A DNA stretch of 64,000 bases from Octopus sinensis (lineage: Eukaryota), in contig NC_043010.1 of assembly GCF_006345805.1 (NCBI RefSeq), forward strand, positions 16,120,001-16,184,000, written 5' to 3'. The position numbers and the translations under genes were made by a program. A model generated the notes under the pieces. It searched no databases and had not been told where the DNA came from. It saw only the letters and a list, made by a program, of their open reading frames with translations. Positions 50,177 to 63,260 of this stretch are shown one piece after another (within the stretch, counting starts at the first letter, position 1; every line of letters begins with the position of its first letter).

Positions 50177-51078
50177 TGCATTAAACAAAATGGGTTGTTT
50201 TGGAGTCTTCACAAGTTTCTGAGGTGAGAGGTGGGTTTTACATATGGACTTGACAACCAGAAGAAAACAATGGCTTTGTCATGATCCTTGTGTCATTCCT
50301 TCTGCTAATTACAACAACATCAATATTAAAACGTTATAATAGTTTATCTCAATTAGATGCTATCTAATTACTTCTACTAAAATAGAAGAGAGGCACTTAA
50401 AAACAATAGTATTTAAGATATTTAGTAACACCCAAAGAACAAAAGAATGGAACACTAGACATAGTCAGCGTCTGACCTCTCTTCATCCTGGCCCATTTGA
50501 TTTCTATTGTCTTCCATAATATCAAGTGATTTCAATGTTTTATTTCACCATTCAGTTTCAGGAATAAGCAACTGGTGCATTCAGACAAGAGTTTGGTGTC
50601 TAAACTTGAAATATACATATAACCTCACATAGTGGCTCTCTCTCTCTCTCTCTTCCTTCATATAAAAGTGTGTGTATGTGTGTGAACACATATGAACATG
50701 TGTGTATGTATACAGATTTACGTGTAGAAAGAAAAATATGTATAACAGAAAAAAGAAGTTAAAAGTTGATAGAGGGGAAAAAAACATTCAGACTCGGCAT
50801 ATGATGCAGCTTGAGATAAAATTTGGCAAATATTTTAAGTGTGTAAAACTATGAAGAAAAATTCATTCCATTTGTTATCTCCTGGGATGGATTCTTGTCA
50901 ATAAAAAAACAAAAGTCATTCCATAATGTTAGGTCTCCATCATAATCTGATATATTATACTATATATAGAAAAAGAAAGAGAGAGAGAGAGACAAACACA
51001 CACTTATATACACACATATATACATACATACATACATACATACACACACATATATATATATATAATATCTATTTATCC

Positions 51079-51183
<105 letters not shown>

Positions 51184-51190
51184 CACACAC

Positions 51191-51251
<61 letters not shown>

Positions 51252-51269
51252 TATATATATACACATATA

Positions 51270-52160
<891 letters not shown>

Positions 52161-52167
52161 ATATACA

Positions 52168-52198
<31 letters not shown>

Positions 52199-52690
52199 GT
52201 GTGTGTGTGAAAGTACATGGCATTGCGGTTAGAGTGTTGCACTCATAACCGTCAGATCATGGGTTCGGTTCTTGGACCAAGCAGCATATTGTATTCTTGA
52301 CCGAAAACACTTCATTTCACATCAGTCTGCAATCACTCCTACACCTGATGCGTGGTACACCATACACCTGTTGAGGCAATGTTGACATGATGGAGGGAGT
52401 GGACTAATGCACAGTACATATATGGGATTAGGGTGAACTGCTGACCAGAGCTTGTGGAAATAGGTCATACTTATGTGACCTTATAGGAGGATAATTAAAC
52501 TTCAACAACTTTTGAACATGTCATTGATATAGGGAGGCACTGATGAAATGAGTAAGGATGTGGTAAAAGAACCTGGTGGATGGTTGCCTGGGAAACAGTT
52601 TCCTTGTAGATCAATGATAGGAAGCTCTTCAGATGACATATGATAGGAGTTTCCCCAGTGGTGGGGATTTTCTGCCAATAATATACTCTA

Positions 52691-53100
52691 GGCGTAGGAG
52701 TGGCTGTGTGGTAAGTAGCTTGTTTACCAACCACATGGTTCCGGGTTCAGTCCCACTGCGTGGCACATGGGCAAGTGTCTTCTACTTTAGCCTCGTGCTG
52801 ACCAAAGCCTTGTGAGTGGATTTGGTAGACGGAAACTGAAAGAAGCCCGTCGTATATATGTATATATATATGTGTGTGTATATGTTTGTGTGTCTGTGTT
52901 TGACCCCCAACATCGCTTGATAACCGATGCTAGTGTGTTTACGTCCCCGTAACTTAGCAGTTCAGCAAAAGAAACCGATAGAATAAGTACTAGGCTTCCA
53001 AAGAATAAGTCCTGAGGTCGATTTGCTCGACTAAAGGCGGTGCTACAGCATGGCCGCAGTCGCATGACTGAAACAAGTAAAAGAGAGAGTAAAGAGTAAG
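52691..53100 (+). mobile_element. SINE family A, full length
   Basis: Head and tail consensus. Confidence 0.87.
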
Positions 53101-53146
53101 AGGAGTTTATTATCTCCATTGGATTCATTGGAGCAAATACGTCTGA

Positions 53147-53395
53147 TCATCATCATCATCATCATCATCATTTAGCGCCCGTTTTCCATGCTAGCATGGG
53201 TTGGACGGTTCAACTGGGGTCTGTGAAGCCGGAAGGCTTCATCAGGCCCAGTCAGATCTGGCAGTGTTTCTACGGCTGGATGCTCTTCCTAACGCCAACC
53301 ACTCCGTGAGTGTAGTGGGTGCTTTTTACGTGCCACCCGCACAGGTGCCAGACAGAGCTGGCAAACGGCCATGAACGGATGGTGCTTTTACGTGA
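53147..53395 (-). mobile_element. RTE 3' tail element
   Basis: (CAT)n plus conserved terminus. Confidence 0.8.
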
Positions 53396-53667
53396 CAAAA
53401 CTGCAAGAAACTGTCTTTGAGTGACAGAATGATGAAACTGTACAAGTTAGATTGAAATATAGTAAAGCTAATTTATGGGAAAGTAATAAAATTCTTGTGT
53501 ATTCTTTTGCTCCGGAAGAAAGTTATGTTGTATGGTATTGCTTTGCCTATTTGTTGCCTTATTGAATCTCACTTTATTCATGTGACTTAGCTACACTCAA
53601 GAACCAAAAGCTCACCATTATTTTCATAACGAAAAGAGAAGTGATTTTTATTTATCAATATAACAGG

Positions 53668-53833
53668 AGGCGCAGGAGGAGCCGCGTGGTAAGTAGCTTA
53701 CTTACCAATCACATGTTTCCGGGTTCAGTCCCACTGCGTGACACCTTGGGCAAGTGTCTTCTTCTATAGCCTCGGGCTGACCAAAGCCTTGTGAGTGGAT
53801 TTGGTAGACGGAAACTGAAAGAAGCCTGTCATA

Positions 53834-53886
<53 letters not shown>

Positions 53887-54218
53887 TGAGGGAGATAAAT
53901 TAATATTAATTTTAATATCAATTTAAAACCAGTAGTCCAGCATACAAAAAATCTGAGAAGTCAGAGAAAATTCTAATATATGTGTATATTGGCAGGGCTT
54001 GATATGTTTGTGTGTCTGTGTTTGTACCCCCAACATCGCTTGACAACCGATGGTGGTGTGTTTACGTTCCCGTAACTTAGCGGTTCAGCAAAAGAGACTG
54101 ATAGAATAAGTACTAGGCATCCAAGGAATAAGTCCTGGGGTCAATTCGCTCGACTAAAGGCGGTGCTCCAGCATGGCCGCAGTCAAATGACTGAAACAAG
54201 TAAAAGAGTAAAAGAGTA
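53668..54218 (+). mobile_element. SINE family A with ~120-bp insert in its internal (TA)n
   Basis: Head at 53668, tail at 54218, foreign sequence at 53881-54002. Confidence 0.83.
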
Positions 54219-54624
54219 TAACACTATAACCAGATACTAAAAACAAAATTGGCAAATTTGTATCAGCTCCAATGCTCACATTGAAGAAAGTGCTCATCAT
54301 AGGAATATTGGTTTTTGTTACTTTCACCATTTTTTAACAACCTTGTTCCATGCTATGGTTGGACTATAACTTTATATTTCTAAGAATTTCTTAGATTGTA
54401 AATAAAGTATACTTAGTGAGAATTAATGTTTGGTTCTTATAACTTTTGCATTTGCTGCATATTTACGTATGTGTAACAGTTTCTTTACTAATGCACAAGT
54501 TTATCTGCATTGTTTACTTGGCTCCTTCAAACACTTTGTTTACATATGATAGCTACAATTAACGAACATTGAAACTAGTAAAATATACTTTTGTCAACGA
54601 ATATTGTCTATGAGGATGGGATGA

Positions 54625-55038
54625 GGATCTTTTCGGTTTGAATAGCAGTTTTTAACATAATTTCTAGCTAACTAAAAAATTTTAAACTTCGTATACTGGT
54701 AGAATGTGTTTATAAAATATCTTTTTCTCTTGGCTTTATTGAGAAAATTCTATAGTTTGTAAGGTATTTGTTGTTTTTTTTTCTTCAATTTCTGCAATTT
54801 CAACCATCAATGACGTCTATTGAGTTAAAAAGCATTGTGCTGTATGAATATGTCCCTTGTTTAAGAAACAGATTGGGTTTATTTACATTTGTGAAGAAAA
54901 AAAGATACCCTTCCACCACCCCTAACCCTAACGCTAAAACAGATTGAAATGCAATAGATCGATTCTAGGGTCATAATTATGGGTGACAATTTCATATGAC
55001 ACCGCTAGAAAAAACTGCCGTTCAAACCAAAAAGATCC
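54625..55038 (+). mobile_element. GGATC-ended MITE copy 4, TSD TGGGATGA
   Basis: 8-bp duplication at 54617-24 and 55039-46. Confidence 0.93.
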
Positions 55039-55226
55039 TGGGATGAGGGCATAGCAAGCAGAAGTTCAGAATCTGTGATTTAGAAGATCAACATTAGAGG
55101 ACATTGCACTTCAGATAAGGGATCTTAGGAGTTTCTTAAAACTATACAGCAGCGAAGGCTGCAATAACAATGGTACAATTTCTTTGTGGATTCATCAAAA
55201 CACACACACATGTATACATATTATAT

Positions 55227-55436
55227 ACTCTTTACTCTTTTACTTGTTTCATTCATTTAACTGTGGCCATGCTGGAGCACCGCCTTTAGTCGAGCAAATC
55301 AACCCCAGGACTTATTCTTTGTAAGCCTAGTACTTATTCTATCGGTCTCTTTTGCCGAACCACTAAGTAACGGGGACGTAAACACACCAGCATCGATGTT
55401 GGGTAGACAAACACAGACACACAAGCGTATACACAC

Positions 55437-55524
<88 letters not shown>

Positions 55525-55680
55525 CGATGGGTTTCTTTCAGTTTCTGTCTACCAAATCCACTCACAAGGCTTTGGTTGGCCCGAGGCTATAGAAGAAGAC
55601 ACTTGCCCAAGGTGCCACGCAGTGGGACTGAACCCGGAACCATGTGGTTCGTAGGCAAGCTACTTACCACACAGCCACTC
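55227..55680 (-). mobile_element. SINE family A
   Basis: Reverse-strand consensus with internal (TA)n. Confidence 0.86.
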
Positions 55681-56487
55681 TTACAACAAACTATTTAAGT
55701 TTCAGGCTAGATGGAAGATACCTGATTTAGCTTAGATCAAGTTGTCAGAGGTTTTCTCTGACACTTACGTAGTTTGTTGCAAATCAGATAATGAATATAA
55801 AACTCTCAAATGTAACGAGTACTTTATTTTGCTAAACCTATCAACAAATGAACCTTATACACACACACTTAGGATAAGTGATTAAGGTTAATAGAGAAGC
55901 TAGAAATTAATTATTATTGACTTAGTTCTCTGTTGTTATAGCAGATCTGAAAGATTTATATTTGAAAAACCATATTTGAAAATAGGAGTCAGGAACTTCA
56001 CTTCTGTAAATGATAAGACAATATATAAATAAAATGGGTGGGTGGTGGGGTCAATAACACGAGTCAAGTGTTATGTTAGGTCACTTAACATTGGGCCAAA
56101 AGTCAACAATAACAGTATTAATTCTGTTGCTATGTCCCTTTTTTTTTTTTTTACCTGCTTTCTTTTTCTACCTGTTCTCTTTCTTTGTACCACACAATCA
56201 CTCTATTTCTCCTCAGCCTTTCAGACGAAATCTGACCAGTTGGTCGGTGAGGTAGAATCATTATTCCGTCACTCCTTATTTCGGCACACAGCACAGCTCT
56301 AAAACTGACAGATCATTGCAATGTTGCACTTGAATTAGAAGATAAAGTTCTGTTCCCCTGGTGACATATTCACTGCTATGGGAGTGGTTGATATCAATGG
56401 TTTGAAGTAGTTGCTACAGACAGCCTATCGCTAACTTCACCTCATGTCTTTCCTTTTTATGTTATAAACATTTTACATTTCAAAAAT

Positions 56488-59400
56488 CATCATCATCATC
56501 ATCATTGTTTAACGTCCACTTTCCATGCTAGCATGTGTTGGACGATTTTGACTGAGGACTGGCGAACCAGATGGCTGCACCAGGCTCCAATCTTGATCTG
56601 GCAGAGTTTCTACAGCTGGATGCCCTTCCTAACGCCAACCACTCCGAGAGTGTAGTGGGTGCTTTTACGTGCTACCGACACGAGGGACTGTCAGGCGGTA
56701 CTGGCAATGGCCACACCCAAATGGTGTTTTTTTACGTGCCACCTGCACACCAGCACAAGTGCCACTAAGGCGACGCTGGTAACAATCACGCTCGAATGGT
56801 GCTTTTAACGTGCCACTGGCACTGGTGCCAGTTAGCTGCTCTGGCAACAATCACGCTCGAATGGTGCTTTTAACGTGCCACTGGCACTGGTGCCAGTTAG
56901 CTGCTCTGGCAACAATCACGCTCGAATGGTGCTTTTAACGTGCCACTGGCACTGGTGCCAGTTAGCTGCTCTGGCAACAATCACGCTCGAATGGTGCTTT
57001 TAACGTGCCACTGGCACTGATGCCAGTTAGCTGCTCTGGCAACAATCACGCTCGAATGGTACTTTTAACGTGCCACTGGCACTGGTGCCAGTTAGCTGCT
57101 CTGGCAACAATCACGCTCGAATGGTGCTTTTAACGTGCCACTGGCACTGGTGCCAGTTAGCTGCTCTGGCAACAATCACGCTCGAATGGTGCTTTTAACG
57201 TGCCACTGGCACTGATGCCAGTTAGCTGCTCTGGCAACAATCACGCTCGAATGGTGCTTTTAACGTGCCACTGGCACTGGTGCCAGTTAGCTGCTCTGGC
57301 AACAATCACGCTCGAATGGTGCTTTTAACGTGCCACTGGCACTGGTGCCAGTTAGCTGCTCTGGCAACAATCACGCTCGAATGGTGCTTTTAACGTGCCA
57401 CTGGCACTGGTGCCAGTTAGCTGCTCTGGCAACAATCACGCTCGAATGGTGCTTTTAACGTGCCACTGGCACTGGTGCCAGTTAGCTGCTCTGGCAACAA
57501 TCACGCTCGAATGGTGCTTTTAACGTGCCACTGGCACTGGTGCCAGTTAGCTGCTCTGGCAACAATCACGCTCGAATGGTGCTTTTAACGTGCCACTGGC
57601 ACTGATGCCAGTTAGCTGCTCTGGCAACAATCACGCTCGAATGGTGCTTTTAACGTGCCACTGGCACTGGTGCCAGTTAGCTGCTCTGGCAACAATCACG
57701 CTCGAATGGTGCTTTTAACGTGCCACTGGCACTGGTGCCAGTTAGCTGCTCTGGCAACAATCACGCTCGAATGGTGCTTTTAACGTGCCACTGGCACTGA
57801 TGCCAGTTAGCTGCTCTGGCAACAATCACGCTCGAATGGTGCTTTTAACGTGCCACTGGCACTGGTGCCAGTTAGCTGCTCTGGCAACAATCACGCTCGA
57901 ATGGTGCTTTTAACGTGCCACTGGCACTGATGCCAGTTAGCTGCTCTGGCAACAATCACGCTCGAATGGTGCTTTTAACGTGCCACTGGCACTGGTGCCA
58001 GTTAGCTGCTTGGCAACAATCACGCTCGAATGGTGCTTTTAACGTGCCACTGGCACTGGTGCCAGTTAGCTGCTCTGGCAACAATCACGCTCGAATGGTG
58101 CTTTTAACGTGCCACTGGCACTGGTGCCAGTTAGCTGCTCTGGCAACAATCACGCTCGAATGGTGCTTTTAACGTGCCACTGGCACTGGTGCCAGTTAGC
58201 TGCTCTGGCAACAATCACGCTCGAATGGTGCTTTTAACGTGCCACTGGCACTGATGCCAGTTAGCTGCTCTGGCAACAATCACGCTCGAATGGTGCTTTT
58301 AACGTGCCACTGGCACTGGTGCCAGTTAGCTGCTCTGGCAACAATCACGCTCGAATGGTGCTTTTAACGTGCCACTGGCACTGATGCCAGTTAGCTGCTC
58401 TGGCAACAATCACGCTCGAATGGTGCTTTTAACGTGCCACTGGCACTGGTGCCAGTTAGCTGCTCTGGCAACAATCACGCTCGAATGGTGCTTTTAACGT
58501 GCCACTGGCACTGGTGCCAGTTAGCTGCTCTGGCAACAATCACGCTCGAATGGTGCTTTTAACGTGCCACTGGCACTGGTGCCAGTTAGCTGCTCTGGCA
58601 ACAATCACGCTCGAATGGTGCTTTTAACGTGCCACTGGCACTGATGCCAGTTAGCTGCTCTGGCAACAATCACGCTCGAATGGTGCTTTTAACGTGCCAC
58701 TGGCACTGGTGCCAGTTAGCTGCTCTGGCAACAATCACGCTCGAATGGTGCTTTTAACGTGCCACTGGCACTGATGCCAGTTAGCTGCTCTGGCAACAAT
58801 CACGCTCGAATGGTGCTTTTAACGTGCCACTGGCACTGGTGCCAGTTAGCTGCTCTGGCAACAATCACGCTCGAATGGTGCTTTTAACGTGCCACTGGCA
58901 CTGGTGCCAGTTAGCTGCTCTGGCAACAATCACGCTCGAATGGTGCTTTTAACGTGCCACTGGCACTGGTGCCAGTTAGCTGCTCTGGCAACAATCACGC
59001 TCGAATGGTGCTTTTAACGTGCCACTGGCACTGATGCCAGTTAGCTGCTCTGGCAACAATCACGCTCGAATGGTGCTTTTAACGTGCCACTGGCACTGGT
59101 GCCAGTTAGCTGCTCTGGCAACAATCACGCTCGAATGGTGCTTTTAACGTGCCACTGGCACTGGTGCCAGTTAGCTGCTCTGGCAACAATCACGCTCGAA
59201 TGGTGCTTTTAACGTGCCACTGGCACTGGTGCCAGTTAGCTGCTCTGGCAACAATCACGCTCGAATGGTGCTTTTAACGTGCCACTGGCACTGATGCCAG
59301 TTAGCTGCTCTGGCAACAATCACGCTCGAATGGTGCTTTTAACGTGCCACTGGCACTGGTGCCAGTTAGCTGCTCTGGCAACAATCACGCTCGAATGGTG

Positions 59401-59670
59401 CTTTTAACGTGCCACTGGCACTGATGCCAGTTAGCTGCTCTGGCAACAATCACGCTCGAATGGTGCTTTTAACGTGCCACTGGCACTGGTGCCAGTTAGC
59501 TGCTCTGGCAACAATCACGCTCGAATGGTGCTTTTAACGTGCCACTGGCACTGGTGCCAGTTAGCTGCTCTGGCAACAATCACGCTCGAATGGTGCTTTT
59601 AACGTGCCACTGGCACTGATGCCAGTTAGCTGCTCTGGCAACAATCACGCTCGGATGGTGCTCTTAGCGC
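56488..59670 (-). mobile_element. RTE 3' tail element hosting the 65-bp array
   Basis: (CAT)n and terminus at 56488-56660, diverged units at 56660-56780, then the array, then CACGCTCGGATGGTGCTCTTAGC as at 932-955. Confidence 0.85.
56781..59660. repeat. 65-bp tandem array, 44 full units plus a partial unit
   Basis: Unit AACAATCACGCTCGAATGGTGCTTTTAACGTGCCACTGGCACTG(G/A)TGCCAGTTAGCTGCTCTGGC. The span 56781 to 59640 is 2859 bp = 44 x 65 - 1. Confidence 0.97.
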
Positions 59671-59850
59671 CAAAATGTTCAAGTGGATATGATATTGCAC
59701 TGCTCCTTCAAGAAGTGATTCTTAACACCAGCAGACAGCCATACATTTTGTATAAGGAATTGATTTGATCACTTTCATTGGTTCTTATTCAATGATTAGG
59801 ATTTCATGACTACAGGTGTGTCATTATATTTCTGGACCGTTTTCGTTTTT

Positions 59851-60275
59851 CAATTCAATTCAATTCAATTCAATTTTAATTAGCTCAAAAAGCAAAAGCA
59901 AGGCCATGTAGGGGGACAGGGAGTCATGTACAGGGAGGGTGGTCATACAAAGAGTTCAGGCCATTTCTGGTCAAGAGAGACTTTGAACCGAGCGGTCGTC
60001 AGCATCTTCACTATCTCGTCCGGCAGCTTATTCCACGGATCTGCAACCTGGACGGAGAAAGCCCCTCTCCTTCGATTGAGATGAAATCATTGTAGATAGA
60101 GCTTTTCGGAGTGACCCCGCAGCCCACGCTCTGGAGCAGGAGTGAAAAACAGCTCTTTTGAGAGGTTACACTTTCCGCTTATGATGTTGTGAGCGAGAAT
60201 GAGATCACCATGGCGTTGTCGTTTTTTGAGAGAATAAAGGTCGAGCGTCCTCAGCCTTTCTTCATAAGACAATGA
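59851..60275 (-). mobile_element. CR1-group LINE 3' fragment with (ATTGA)n tail
   Basis: SYEERLRTLDLYSLKKRQRHGDLI...LRGHSEKL; (CAATT)n at 59851-59876. Confidence 0.85.
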
Positions 60276-60704
60276 GTTAAGCCATGAGCAAACATGGCCT
60301 TAGAATGAATGACTTGAGGTATTTTTCCTACCCTCCATATGCCGCCAAGATCAACTTTGCCTTTCGTCTTTTGGAGTTGATTAAAAATAGTATTAATCGT
60401 TGCAGCAGCTAAGAGTGAGAACTAATGAAAGAAATTCCTGAGCAACAACGTGTACAACATTACATTTGGGGCTGATGGTGGGCGGCTGATTGATGATGGG
60501 GAATCTGGAAATTCATTGAATATTTTTTTTCACTTGTAATAAAGTCATATATTGGCAGAAGTCACAGATTAACTTGATTTTGGTGCTACAAACACCAGGT
60601 TTATAGTACTAACACAGCTTGCTATATAGAGTTGTTCCCACATTGTGGTATCAACTTACAGCTGAGTAAACTGAGCTAGTTTGTTAACTAGCTCAGTTAA
60701 GATG

Positions 60705-60871
60705 GAACTGTCATCGTTTTGCTTAGGAGTATGTCATTCAAATAATTCCAGAAAATGGTCACAACTGACTGACATGTCATACTAACACGACTCCACGAGG
60801 CCAGAAGGTTGGTGACGAGATATGAACCTGCGACCTTTTGCTTCTCTGTCACTCATCGTAATGACACAACA
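60705..60871. repeat. ~167-bp segment duplicated at 61736-62318 (old SINE-like, minus-strand B-box remnant)
   Basis: GGAACTGTCATCGTTTTGCTTAGGAGTATGTCATTC...GTAATGACACAAC is present twice; the second copy is interrupted by a MITE. Confidence 0.9.
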
Positions 60872-61765
60872 TCATGGCTAGAGACACACTGCAGGAAATA
60901 ACCCTTTTTGCTGATTTTCCCCATGTCCTATTCATTTGGCCATTTCATTCTCACCGATTGATAACAAAACATTTTTTAATGTTTTAGTCAGAAGAGAAGG
61001 TAATACCTAAGACTTTTCACAGAGTCTTCAAGAATAGAGGGAAGGAGAAGGGAGGGAGTATCATCCTACCAGAAAAACTGTTCCAGTTACTTGCAACAGA
61101 GTGAACTCCTCTAAAGGTGACCAAAGTAGAATGTGGTGGGGAGTAAAATTAGGATAGAGGTTAACCCAACCACTTAAGTAGGCAGCATAGTCATTATAGG
61201 CCCCAAGTAAATCAATGCCCTGGATCCTATAGTATTTATCTGTTGATAGTAATATATAGATTAGAACTGGGCACTTAGATCCTTGAAGCCTCTAGGCAAC
61301 TGCCCAGTACCTTAAGTTGGCACTGATAGCAGGATTTGAACTCAGAATTCAAAAAGTCAGAACAAGTATCACAAGACATCTAGTCTAATGTTATAAGAGT
61401 TCCACCAACAGACACCATCTTGGATTTGAACCTGAAAAGATGAAAGGTGAAGCTAACCTTGGTAGGATTTGAACTTAGAAGGCAGAGGATCAGAATAAAT
61501 ACTGTGCCCAAAGCTTTGGCAACTTTACCAATTCTCATTGAGAAGAAAAACGATTTTGAAGGTAAGGGTGTACAGGATAAGAACATCAGTCCATTTTCTC
61601 AAAGAACTAAGCTCACGAAACATATTTTTTTAAACACCCTTGTCTGTGCATGGGAGTGAATTTCTACTTCTGATGTCTATATACAGCTAGATAGATTGGT
61701 ATTTTAGGGAGCTGAGTGTTTTGGTGATAGCATTTGGAACTGTCATCGTTTTGCTTAGGAGTATG

Positions 61766-62173
61766 GGATCTTTTCGGTTTGAACGGCAGTTTTTTAAAAT
61801 AATTTCCACGTAACTAAACACTTTTAAACTTCGTATACTGGTAGAATGTGTTTATAAAACATCTTTTTCTCTTGGCTTTATTGAGAAAATTCTATAGCCT
61901 GTAAGATATTTGTTGTTTTTTTTCTTCAATTTCTGCAATTTCAACCAATCAATGACGTCTATTGAGGTAAAAAAAACACATTGTGTGCCATATGAATATG
62001 TTTAAGAAACAAATTGGGTTTATTTACATTTGTGAAGAAAAAAAGATACCCTTCCCCCACCCCTAACCCTAAAACAGATTGAAATGCAATAGATCGATAC
62101 TAGGGTCATAATTATGGGTGGCAATTTCATATGACACCGCTAGAAAAAACTGCCGTTCAAACCGAAAAGATCC
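61766..62173 (+). mobile_element. GGATC-ended MITE copy 5, TSD GGAGTATG
   Basis: Perfect TIRs, duplication at 61758-65 and 62174-81, empty site at ~60726-33. Confidence 0.95.
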
Positions 62174-62959
62174 GGAGTATGTCATTCAAATAATTCCAGA
62201 AAATGGTCACATCTGACTGACATGTCATACTAACACAACTCCACGAGGCCAGAAGGTTGGTGACGAGATATGAACCTGCGACCTTTTGCTTCTCTGTCAG
62301 TCATCGTAATGACACAACTCGCTGCAGCTCTTTATCATAACGTGACTAATAGCTTCGTTTTGGACTGAGCTGTCTGACAGCAAGATTTTCCGAGAGATTT
62401 TGCAGACAAGAGATATTTGGGTGTGGTCAGCTGTTCTGGTTTTAAAAGGTTTGACGGAGAGAGCGAGAGATAAAGATAGGGAGCAGAAAAAGAGATAGAC
62501 AGATATAAGAAAGAAGAGAGAGAGAGGGAGAAAGTGACTAATAGAGAGATAGAAAGAAAAAGGGAGGAAGTGTGATAGACAAAAAAAATAGAGAGAAACA
62601 AGTGCATGATAGGGTAGAAAAATAGGGAGAGAGAGAGAGAAATAGCGGCACAGGAAAAATGGAGTTGGTTGGAGAGAGAGACAAGGAGAGAAAGAGCGAA
62701 GGAAGAAGAGTAAAACTACAGAGAAACAACATGGAGAAATATAGAGAGCAATGTCTGGAGACTGGGATAAAAAGAGAAAATCTATAATAATTCAGAAAAT
62801 AGAAGAGAGATAAAGAAAGAAAGAGATAAGGCTATAACTAGAGGGGAGGAGGGGAGAGTATGTATGAAAAAGAGAGAGAGAGAGGAGTGTACTGTAGACG
62901 ACTAGAGAAAAGAGGGAGAGGAAGAGAAAGTAAAAGCAAAGAGGTAAAGTTAACTTTAA

Positions 62960-63260
62960 AGAGAGCGGGGAGGGTGTAACTGCCGCCGCCTCCTCCGCCT
63001 CCTCCCTTTGGATGGTGGGGCGGCGGCTAGGCGAGCGAAGCAACAGCAGCAGCAGCAGTCGTAACACTCTCAATGGTGGCGAAAGACAAGGAGCGGCGAC
63101 GCGGCTTCATTTGCATATGTTAATGTGTGCGCGGCGCCGCACTTTGGATGTGGGTCACATTAGGCGGCTGTCAGTGAGGGAGTGAGTGTGTGTCTCCACT
63201 TTTTAGAGGATACGGTGGTGTGCGCCAGGCCAAGGAACAGTTAGACTGCTTGGTAAGTCT
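62960..63260 (+). promoter_or_regulatory. CpG-rich island: candidate promoter / first non-coding exon
   Basis: The clearest CpG-dense non-TE stretch in the window, with GGGGCGG, octamer ATTTGCAT (63109-16) and donor TTG|GTAAGT (GT at 63253). It is flanked by GA-rich and CT-rich tracts. Confidence 0.5.

Noticed and set aside
57915-58172. Repetitive 85-aa ORF
   Set aside because: By-product of the 65-bp unit (not a multiple of 3) and a 1-bp deletion.
56781-59660. CRISPR array, or hammerhead array via CTGATG
   Set aside because: Units are contiguous with no unique spacers, there are no cas genes, and the context is eukaryotic. CTGATG is followed by CC rather than A, and there is no GAAA partner.
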